This document shows, one piece after another, positions 28,359-36,334 of a stretch of DNA of 64,000 nt (positions are counted from its first letter, which is position 1; each line of letters opens with the position of its first letter). The DNA is from an uncultured Verrucomicrobiae bacterium (GTDB lineage: Bacteria; Verrucomicrobiota; Verrucomicrobiia; Limisphaerales; UBA11358): assembly GCA_963789335.1 (NCBI GenBank), contig CAWBKH010000013.1:3174-67173 (forward strand), given 5' to 3'. The notes beneath the pieces are model-generated. The model worked only from the letters and a program-made list of their open reading frames with translations, made no database searches and had not been told where the DNA came from. The position numbers and the translations under genes are program-made.

Positions 28359-29062
28359 CCATTTGAAGCAGGACGTGGCGTTTTGTGCAACGCCGCAACT
28401 TTTCGAATTAGCCATATTCGTTCGGCGGTAATCGGTTTCACGTTCTTTGTTGCCAGAATAAGCTCCGTTTTTTTTGCGCTTACGGAAATCAATCCAACTC
28501 GTTCTCGACGGCACGCGTTTTGGAGTCTCGGATTGCGGTCAACCACGGTCTTAGGTAGGGCAACATACGAGTGATTTGAAAATCGGTGATATTCCTTAGC
28601 TTGTCTGATTGCATCTTTCCACCTTCGTAGTTTCGCTTCAACCGAAACGATTTTGATTTTTGATGGGAATGCGTCTCTCCGCACGACCAGAGCCCCGGCA
28701 CGATTGACTCGTAGCAATTTGTCGCGGACCAAGCGAAGTACAGCACGTTCTAAACTGGTTTCCCTCGCATATAAAAGGCGCGCCAGTGTTCTTCGCCCCA
28801 ATGGCCCGCGCTTGAGAAGTGTCGCCAGTATTTCACACTCAAATAACGACGGAACGCGGTTGGAATGTTTCGGAGGCCTTGCATTAGCACGAGTAGCAAT
28901 CAAAACAAGATCCGGTACAATCATTCCAACCGGTAGCTTCATAAATCGAACTACCTTTTTCAGCGTCTTTGAAACAAAATGCGCAGAAATTTGTTTTTCA
29001 ACAATCCACAGGAGATGGTCTTCCAGGGCAAATTCAATTTGGCCAGTCGTCTTGCGATTCAT
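28328..29062 (-). CDS. PD-(D/E)XK nuclease-like protein with an inserted winged-helix domain
   Basis: E...GMIVPDLVLI, then a wHTH (ILATLLKRGPLGRRTLARLL...LERAVLRLVRDKLL), then IVSVEAKLRRWKDAIRQAKEY...SYVALP. Start set at MNRKTT (29062). Confidence 0.65.
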   Translation of the reverse strand: MNRKTTGQIEFALEDHLLWIVEKQISAHFVSKTLKKVVRFMKLPVGMIVPDLVLIATRANARPPKHSNRVPSLFECEILATLLKRGPLGRRTLARLLYARETSLERAVLRLVRDKLLRVNRAGALVVRRDAFPSKIKIVSVEAKLRRWKDAIRQAKEYHRFSNHSYVALPKTVVDRNPRLQNACRRERVGLISVSAKKTELILATKNVKPITAERIWLIRKVAALHKTPRPASNGYEAPTTSKN

Positions 29063-29260
29063 CTGCGTAGAGGTTTGCACATTTTCGCACACATGCGAAG
29101 AGAGAAAATTCGGGGGCAGTCCCGCGCATTGACACATTCCCCCCTGTCCGGTTGGACGACGAGGGCGCAGAGATTTGAGAGTTTTATTTGGGCGGCCTGT
29201 ATTGCCGATGTTTTGATGAATCCGATTACATGAAGGGGCCAGTCCGGCATTTTGAGCCAG

Positions 29261-29982
29261 CTTCGTTCTTGCCGGGCGGCGAATCGTGAAAATTCGTGAA
29301 ATCCGTGTCAGCAAGATGCTTTGTGTTCCAGTTCCTCGGTTGTGTGCTTCAATTTGGTTGCTTTGAGTGTTTGGCGTTCCCTTCAAGTGATTGGCGGGTT
29401 TGGCCTCCGGGCGGGAAGAAAAACGGCGCTGGCGGATGCTGTACGGCTGAACGCTGCCAGCGCCGTTAACTATTCGACCTGGGCTTGAATCGAACGCGAA
29501 AGAGCAAATCACATTGGTACCATTCGGTCAAAGACGGGACCGCAACATGACTGTGACGTTTGGGAGACGTTCGGCGATTAACCGCGTTTTGACTGGACTT
29601 TTAAGCCGGCTTTGTGCCTAATCCAATCTGTATGAATATCTCGCTCGTGAAATCCGCGCCGCAAGGCGATTTCATTGAAGTCAGTGCTCTATCCCGTGGG
29701 TGGGAAACCAAATTTCAAACGCTGGTCAGTCAAAAAAGGGCCATCAAGTACGACATGTACCCGATGCCAGGCATCCCAATGGAATTAATGAGCCGGCTTC
29801 ACCAACAAGGTTATCAGGACCTGATTTTAGAGAATGACCGGTGGCAGCACTTCTTGGTTCCAAAGTCAAATTGAGTCGCCGGCAGTTGAGCGACCTGAAT
29901 GGGCAAGCGCCTGTCATGCCATAGCCCCTCCACTCAAGGTCAGTTCCTCATTTTAAACCATCTTCGCTCTTGCCGGGCGGCG
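29261..29982 (+). repeat. 21-bp direct repeats (29261..29281 and 29962..29982) flanking the 80-aa ORF copy 2
   Basis: CTTCG(T/C)TCTTGCCGGGCGGCG with one mismatch. Confidence 0.55.
29632..29874 (+). CDS. 80-aa hypothetical protein, copy 2
   Basis: 76% identical to 12726..12968. Confidence 0.7.
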   Translation: MNISLVKSAPQGDFIEVSALSRGWETKFQTLVSQKRAIKYDMYPMPGIPMELMSRLHQQGYQDLILENDRWQHFLVPKSN

Positions 29983-30167
29983 GCAGAAGGAAGGCTGAAG
30001 GCTAAAGCTAAAGGCTAAAACTCCCATCGCGGAAATCCGGTTTATGGAGCAGCTTCGCGAGATGGGCCAGCGGGTGCAGATGTTTTTGGGATTGGCCGAT
30101 ATGGTGTCTCAGTTGCCCGGCTTCCCACCGGCGTCGCACGTTGACGGGGTAGCGAGAAAAATCGAAG

Positions 30168-30470
30168 TCATGCAGGGAGTTTCACCGCAAGGACGTCGGC
30201 CTTCTCGATGACCGGCGCCCGCGCGAGCAACTCCGGTGCTTTGGCCATCAAGGCCGCCGCAACTTTTCCCGAGAGATGCGCCTGCCGGCCCGATTCGTCC
30301 GGGAACGCGTCGAAAATGCCGAACGTGGTCGGTCCCAGGCGAATGCCGAACCAGGCCAGCGTGGCCGGTTCCTGTTCAACTAGCGGAAGGCCGCCCTTCA
30401 GAAAGCGTTCAACCTCCGCCTCCTTTCCGGGTTTTGCTTCCAGCCGTACAAATAATGCCACCTTGATCAT
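30168..30470 (-). CDS. Antibiotic biosynthesis monooxygenase (ABM) / putative quinol monooxygenase
   Basis: GGAG RBS; MIKVALFVRLEAKPGKE...EPATLAWF...FGIFDAFPDESGRQAHL. Confidence 0.9.
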   Translation of the reverse strand: MIKVALFVRLEAKPGKEAEVERFLKGGLPLVEQEPATLAWFGIRLGPTTFGIFDAFPDESGRQAHLSGKVAAALMAKAPELLARAPVIEKADVLAVKLPA

Positions 30471-31464
30471 GTTCAACTCCTTTCCATTCGTGCGCCAACA
30501 CCATAACACAGGTGTCCGTCATCCGCCACTGCCCGTGCCCGCCCGAATGAGGTTCGCGCGCTTGGCTATGGACCCGAAGACCCCGGCCTGACGGAAGTGA
30601 TGGCCGTGGTACCCCCATTTATGCCGCGCCGGATTTCCAAAAGCCCGCCTGGAAACCGGGCAACAAGTGATTTTCAGCGCGACCGGCAGGCTTCGCCCCA
30701 GCCAAGCCAACGACGGCTGAATTAGCCCGAAAGATGCGGCAACCGGACTGGTTAATTTCGCTGTCCGTTTGGGTTGGCAGAGAGGTTTTGCTTGTGGCGC
30801 GGCTCGGACAGCGACCTTTCATGGTCGCGCCGCTCTTCTGAGCGTCTCGGTGAAGGCGTATAAACCTCGTCACCAATTGAGCCGGACGCGAGTCCGGCTC
30901 TTATTTTTTTAATGGGTGACTAGCCCGGCGGGTCTCCGAGCCTCTGACTTCTGACCTCTTGTTTATTTCGGCCTTCAGCTTTCAGCATTTCAACTTTTTG
31001 TGTGTCCCGCCGCGTCCCGTTTTTATCCGCTGTCTGTCCAACACACGGAGAATTTGGCCTCTGGGAAGCAGCCGTCAGTGACCGATTGCTGCCAGTCAAA
31101 GATCAAATCGGAGCCGTCCGAGACACAATGGGAGCAATGAGGCGCTCAGAAGCACCAATCTGAGACGGAATCGGAGCCATCAGCGACCGACGGCTCCGTC
31201 TCGACACGTTTTTTTCAGGCGAAACAGCCGCCAGAAATCCGGTTTTGAAGCCATTTTTGAATCGTAACCGTTTGAACCGCCCTTGGTTGGACCGAAACGG
31301 TCTGCGGTCCAAAAACTAAGACGCCAGGTTTGGCCTTCTCATCGCTTCCTGCGCAAAGCGCAGTGCGTGGATTGAAACCCAGCACTCTTCGTCAACTCCC
31401 GTGTTGTCACGATAAAAATATCCCCGGCTGAATGGCAATAGAAATAAAGCGGGCATCAACGCGC

Positions 31465-34400
31465 TCAACTGGCTTTGGGCAGAATGACCGTGACCCGTCC
31501 GACACTCCGAACCAGCGCCGCCTTCTTTTTCTTTTTCTTTTCGTCATCGTTTCCGGTGCTGTTGCTGGCGACCTGTTGCTGGTTTTCGGCGCTGGTCTGC
31601 CCGGCGGCACTTTGGCTGGCGGCGGTGGCGGAGGAGGAAGTGGCCAGGGTGCCCGCGCCGCCGTTGACGGAAGTGCTGAGCACGTTGGCGGTGGCTGAAA
31701 GGCTCCCGCCGCCAGAGGTGTTCACGCCGCCAATGGCAACGATCGTCCCGGAAATCGTGCCGCCACCGGAAAAAGTGGCCGTGCCGCCGGAAAGAACGGT
31801 CCCGGCGAAACTTTGGGCCGCATTGATGTCGGCGTTCCGTTGGGAAATGATCAGGCCCGTGATGGTGCCGCTGGCCGTAGCATTTACGTTCACCCCAATC
31901 ACGCCGGATGTGCCCAGAATAATATTGCCTTCACCAAGGTCCGGCGAACCGCTCGCCGTCAGCGTTATGGTGGGGCTGTCGGGACCGGAGGCGGACAGGG
32001 TCCCGCCGAACGCTTCCTGCGATATTCCACCCAGATTGGCAATAATGTTTCCCTGGAGCGCGGTCACCGTGATATTGCCCGGCAGACGGGCGGCGCCGGG
32101 AACCTGAGACGCGTTCGCCAGCGTGTCCGCCACAATGCCATTCGCGGGAACATACTCTACCGGCTCGGGGCCGGAATAAGCCGGAGAATAGAAATTGACC
32201 GGGATAGCCACCGTGCCGCCGCTGCCGGCGTTGATATCGCCCGTCAGTGACGTGATGCTGACATCGCCGCCGTTCAAGGTGGCGATGCGGGAACTGTCAA
32301 TATTGATGGTGCCCAGAGCGGTCACATTCACGTCGCCGCCGCCCGTGGTGTAAATGCCCAAGCCGAGGTTGCTGGCATTCATGATTTGAGCCTCGAAGGG
32401 CAACAAATCTTGGGAGCCTAAATCCATTGAAATTCCCTGGCTGTTCGCCCCGTCGCCGGTCACATTGACATCTCCACCGCCGAGCGCCGCAATGGTGGAG
32501 CTGGGCATGTTCAAACTCGGCACGATTATGCCATTTACCGTTTGATCATTATCCAGCGTGACCACGTTGATGGTCGCGCCTCCAACAGACAGGATTCCTT
32601 TCGAGTTGCCCAGCGAGATGGAACCGGCGTTGATGTCAAATTCGCCCGGGCCGCCAACGGTATAACCGCCCTTGACAAACCCCAGCGGCGGTGCTCCCTG
32701 ACTGCCTTGATGACTGGCTTGATAGAGAGAGGCGAGTTGAGCGTAATCGGTGCTGGGAGTCAAGGTGACCGTATCGGTCACAAAATGGCCGGAGGAATCC
32801 AGGAGCGGATAGCCATTGGGACCGTAACGCAACACGGTCAGAGACGGCTGCTCCAAGTCCGTCAACAGGTCCAAGGACAAGGGGCCAATGGCGGTCAGCG
32901 TTTTTGTGGCTGAGTTGTAAGACAGTTCGGTCGTGAGTTCACTGCCAATACTTGGGAACATGCCGGCATTGTTCAGGGCGTATGAGGCCCATTGCGAGGG
33001 ATTCGAGGGATCGGCGCTTAAGGGCGACAGGGTGGCTAGCTGTGCTGCATTCACCGCCCCCAGCAGGATTTGAGACCAGGAATTAACCGTACCGGGAGCC
33101 AGGTCCTGCAACGGCAGGCTGGATAAACCTTGATCCAAGGTTATGAAGTTAAATGAGCCCGGGTTGTAAATCTGGCCACCGACAGTGAGGGAGGTGACGT
33201 CGCTGGCGTTCAAATTATTCCCGTAAAAAGTGCAGCCGATCATGTCGCCTGCCACGCTTATCTGGGCCGGTTTGGACACCTGCAAGCTGATGTTTTCCAT
33301 ATTTCCGCCGATGTTAATCACCACCGGATTGTCATTAACCGCCGAGCTGCTGGCGGACAAGGTCAAGGAGGCGTCGCTGCCGTCGTCATTTCCGCTGCTA
33401 AAATCTCCCCGGTCGTTGATTTGGAGATTCCCGTCGGGCGAAGCAAACAAGGTGATATCGGAGTTCGGCAAGGTGACGTCACTTTCAGCGGCGAGCGGCG
33501 TTTGCAAGACGATTCCACCGGGACCGGCGTTGATATTCAGTATCGGGGGCATAATCAAGGGAATGGCGTCGTTTGGCCGCGGGATTTGATAACCGGTCAA
33601 ATAAACTCCGTTGCCGGCCGTCAGCGTGACTGAAGCTTGCGGGCCATAGTCAAAGTAATGAGTCCCGGCTGTGGCCACATAAGTGTATGGATTGATAGTA
33701 TTATTGAAAACGCCATTGGGATTCCGCACTTCCTGCAAATAGATGTCTCCCTGCGCATTCAGGCTCCAACTGCCTGTGGCCAGACTCAATGCCACATTTT
33801 GATTGTCACCAGATTGACCGACGCCGATGTTCTGGCCAGCGTTGATGATGCCCGTGCCGTTCATCACCACATAGTTTCCATAGACACTGCCGCCGGCGTT
33901 AATCGTCACATTCCCCGCTTCGGGTCCAAAGGCCCCTGTCCCGGGATCGTTCGCCGCGACCATCGTGGTGGGGAAACTGACTACGTCGCCGCCGGCGTTG
34001 ATGGTCACGTTCCCGCCGGCGGCGGTGCTGATGCCGCCGAGATTCGATTGATTGTAATTAATTGTCTCGAGCGCACTGCTGGAGACTTGAAATGGAGTAT
34101 AGTAGGGGGCATTCCACCGAAAATTAAACCCGGAGGTATTGTCCCCCGTGTTGACATTCCCATATTCCGTTGTCACGTCAATATTGCCGCCGCCGATGGT
34201 TCGGATGGCGCCGCTGTTGACGATGACTTCGTTGGCGGCATACAGATTGATGGCGTTATGATTGGCGTCGCCGTTCGCAGCTTGAATGTAAGCAGTGCCA
34301 TTCAGATAAATCCCGTCGCTGCCGGAAGCTGGTTGGGAACTTGAAGGAAGCGTGCCGGCAGTCAAATTCACAGTCCAATTGTTTCCGACTTGAATTCCTG

Positions 34401-36282
34401 AACCGTCATCCAAGGTAATGTCGTTGCCCGCAAACAAGCTCAAGGTGCCGGGGGTGCTCGCGTCTGGAGCCCACTGCGAACTCAGCTCGATGTTGTAAAG
34501 ACAAATTTGCGAATAGGGCAATAAATCACTTACATTCAAGTTGGGGCTTGAAGAGGAGGTGGACGTGGCGCTGGAGGAAAGTGTCAGACCGAAGGGATTG
34601 ACGAACAGACGGGAGAATTGTGCGGCGGCCGTGCCATCAATCGTGGAGTTGACCGTGTTTGCAGTGGTTCCATTGCCAAAAATCTCAATAAAACCGTTCG
34701 GTCCGCCATTATTTCCCGAAACGGAAATCTTGGAGCCTGTCGGGTCTGAAAACGTTCCTGCCGAATTCAAGACCACAAACCCACCGGGACTCGTTGTGGT
34801 CGAATCGCCAGCGGCGGAAATGACGGAACTGGCGCCCAAATTCAGGCTGCCGCTGCTGCCACTCGCGTAAATTTCAATGGCTCCATTCGCGTTGCCGATT
34901 GAATCGGCTCGGAGAACTCCGTTCTGATTCACCGTTGTCGCGCTCATGGCAATCCGCCCGGCGTCCGCTTCAATTCCCGCGCCGGGGTCCACCGTGATGG
35001 TGTTTCCAGCCAGTAGTGACAGCGCGCCGATGATGCCGCTCTTTGGGGTCAAATTCCATGGCGAACTCAGTTCGATGCTATTGGCCGCCTGAAGATTGAT
35101 TTGCGACAACCCGGCGGACAAGGAATTGATGTTGAGAGCGAGTTGGCCCGCTACGGGACTGCCGTCGGCATTCAGTGTTATATCCGCCGTGTCAATGGAA
35201 AGGCTGGCGTCCGCATAGCCGGCACCGGCCAAGCCGTTGATGCTGGATTGAAAGGCGCTCATCTGGGGCGCGGAAATCGTCACTTGTCCACCATTGCCGC
35301 CCTGCGTGCCCCCGGCGACATTGATGACTGAGCCGTTTTGATCGGAAAAGCTATTGCCGGATTGAATCGTCACCGAGCCGCCGGGGCTGGTGCCTGTCGT
35401 GTCTCCATTGGCCGAGATGACGGAGCTGGCGCCCAGATTGACCGAGTCGCTCCCGACCAGTTCGATGGTTCCGTTGACGTTTTGGGCGGAGTTGGCCTGG
35501 ATCAATCCCCCTTGATTGACGATTTGGGCCGCCTGTAGAATGACGCTGCCGGCATCGGCAACCAATTTGCCTTCATTGTCCACCAAGCCTTGAGGCAGGG
35601 TGACTTGCGCGCTTAATCCGCGCCCGTCCGGGGACGTGGAAACTAGGACCGTTTGACCGGCGTAAAGACCGATGTTGCCGCCCGGCGCGGCAATCGTCCC
35701 ATTGTTCTCAACGTCATTGGCGATGAGAAAAGCCGAACCGCCGCCGGCAATGTTAATCTGGCCGTAGTTGATGATTTTGGCGGTGGGCGGCGGCGCATTA
35801 AAAGACCAGGGTCCGCCGCTGGAAAGGTCGAACGCAGGCGTGGAAGCCGTGGTCATGACCAAGCCATGAGCGGAAATGGCCGCCGAGCCGCCAACGGTGA
35901 AGCCGTTTGGATTTTGCAGCACCAAATAGCCATTGGCGCTGAGATTCCCGTTGATACTGGAGGCGCTCGGGTTGTTGGGGTCGTTGATGTAGTTCCAAGT
36001 GACCGAGGAGGACGAAGGTTGGTTAAAGACCGTGGCTTCACCAGCGCTGATATTGAAACTTTGCCAGTTGATAAAAGCGCTGGCGGAAGTTTGATTTATA
36101 GTCAATTGCGAACCTGATGTGCCGATGGTAGCCGTGCCTTGGGCAACAACGCCGCCGGTCGGATTGGCGTGGAGGTGAAGAGAGTTCCCTCCCCAAACCA
36201 GCAGAACAATGCCAGTCCCGACCAACCTGCAATAATGAAAGAAAACCTTGTTCACGGTAACACGCCTATCATCCGCCAGCAT
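31465..36282 (-). CDS. Filamentous-haemagglutinin-like TpsA exoprotein (about 1600 aa)
   Basis: Signal peptide, then a TPS domain (ANPTGG...INWQSFNI...NPNG); G/S/T/N-rich beta-helix repeats; C-terminal K6 tract and GRVTVILP. Start uncertain (36282 or 36255). Confidence 0.9.
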   Translation of the reverse strand: MLADDRRVTVNKVFFHYCRLVGTGIVLLVWGGNSLHLHANPTGGVVAQGTATIGTSGSQLTINQTSASAFINWQSFNISAGEATVFNQPSSSSVTWNYINDPNNPSASSINGNLSANGYLVLQNPNGFTVGGSAAISAHGLVMTTASTPAFDLSSGGPWSFNAPPPTAKIINYGQINIAGGGSAFLIANDVENNGTIAAPGGNIGLYAGQTVLVSTSPDGRGLSAQVTLPQGLVDNEGKLVADAGSVILQAAQIVNQGGLIQANSAQNVNGTIELVGSDSVNLGASSVISANGDTTGTSPGGSVTIQSGNSFSDQNGSVINVAGGTQGGNGGQVTISAPQMSAFQSSINGLAGAGYADASLSIDTADITLNADGSPVAGQLALNINSLSAGLSQINLQAANSIELSSPWNLTPKSGIIGALSLLAGNTITVDPGAGIEADAGRIAMSATTVNQNGVLRADSIGNANGAIEIYASGSSGSLNLGASSVISAAGDSTTTSPGGFVVLNSAGTFSDPTGSKISVSGNNGGPNGFIEIFGNGTTANTVNSTIDGTAAAQFSRLFVNPFGLTLSSSATSTSSSSPNLNVSDLLPYSQICLYNIELSSQWAPDASTPGTLSLFAGNDITLDDGSGIQVGNNWTVNLTAGTLPSSSQPASGSDGIYLNGTAYIQAANGDANHNAINLYAANEVIVNSGAIRTIGGGNIDVTTEYGNVNTGDNTSGFNFRWNAPYYTPFQVSSSALETINYNQSNLGGISTAAGGNVTINAGGDVVSFPTTMVAANDPGTGAFGPEAGNVTINAGGSVYGNYVVMNGTGIINAGQNIGVGQSGDNQNVALSLATGSWSLNAQGDIYLQEVRNPNGVFNNTINPYTYVATAGTHYFDYGPQASVTLTAGNGVYLTGYQIPRPNDAIPLIMPPILNINAGPGGIVLQTPLAAESDVTLPNSDITLFASPDGNLQINDRGDFSSGNDDGSDASLTLSASSSAVNDNPVVINIGGNMENISLQVSKPAQISVAGDMIGCTFYGNNLNASDVTSLTVGGQIYNPGSFNFITLDQGLSSLPLQDLAPGTVNSWSQILLGAVNAAQLATLSPLSADPSNPSQWASYALNNAGMFPSIGSELTTELSYNSATKTLTAIGPLSLDLLTDLEQPSLTVLRYGPNGYPLLDSSGHFVTDTVTLTPSTDYAQLASLYQASHQGSQGAPPLGFVKGGYTVGGPGEFDINAGSISLGNSKGILSVGGATINVVTLDNDQTVNGIIVPSLNMPSSTIAALGGGDVNVTGDGANSQGISMDLGSQDLLPFEAQIMNASNLGLGIYTTGGGDVNVTALGTINIDSSRIATLNGGDVSITSLTGDINAGSGGTVAIPVNFYSPAYSGPEPVEYVPANGIVADTLANASQVPGAARLPGNITVTALQGNIIANLGGISQEAFGGTLSASGPDSPTITLTASGSPDLGEGNIILGTSGVIGVNVNATASGTITGLIISQRNADINAAQSFAGTVLSGGTATFSGGGTISGTIVAIGGVNTSGGGSLSATANVLSTSVNGGAGTLATSSSATAASQSAAGQTSAENQQQVASNSTGNDDEKKKKKKAALVRSVGRVTVILPKAS

Positions 36283-36315
36283 AACGCCATTGCTGCTGGA
36301 ATAAATTCGTTTTTT

Positions 36316-36332
36316 GTAACATTCAGGTGACA
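36316..36332 (-). promoter_or_regulatory. Pho-box-like direct repeat directly upstream of tpsA
   Basis: Gene sense TGTCAC-ctgaa-TGTTAC, between the tpsB stop and the tpsA start. Confidence 0.6.
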
Positions 36333-36334
36333 AG

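Noticed and set aside
29063-29512. 150-aa N-terminal extension of the nuclease ORF
   Set aside because: Runs through repeat-like intergenic sequence; a compact domain starts at MNRKTT (29062).
30520-31400. Possible ncRNA or gene fragments upstream of the ABM gene
   Set aside because: No recognisable fold or protein motif; mentioned only as part of the nested insert.
36283-36333. TTG start of tpsA at 36333
   Set aside because: It overlaps the Pho-like box and abuts the tpsB stop; a downstream start gives a normal signal peptide.
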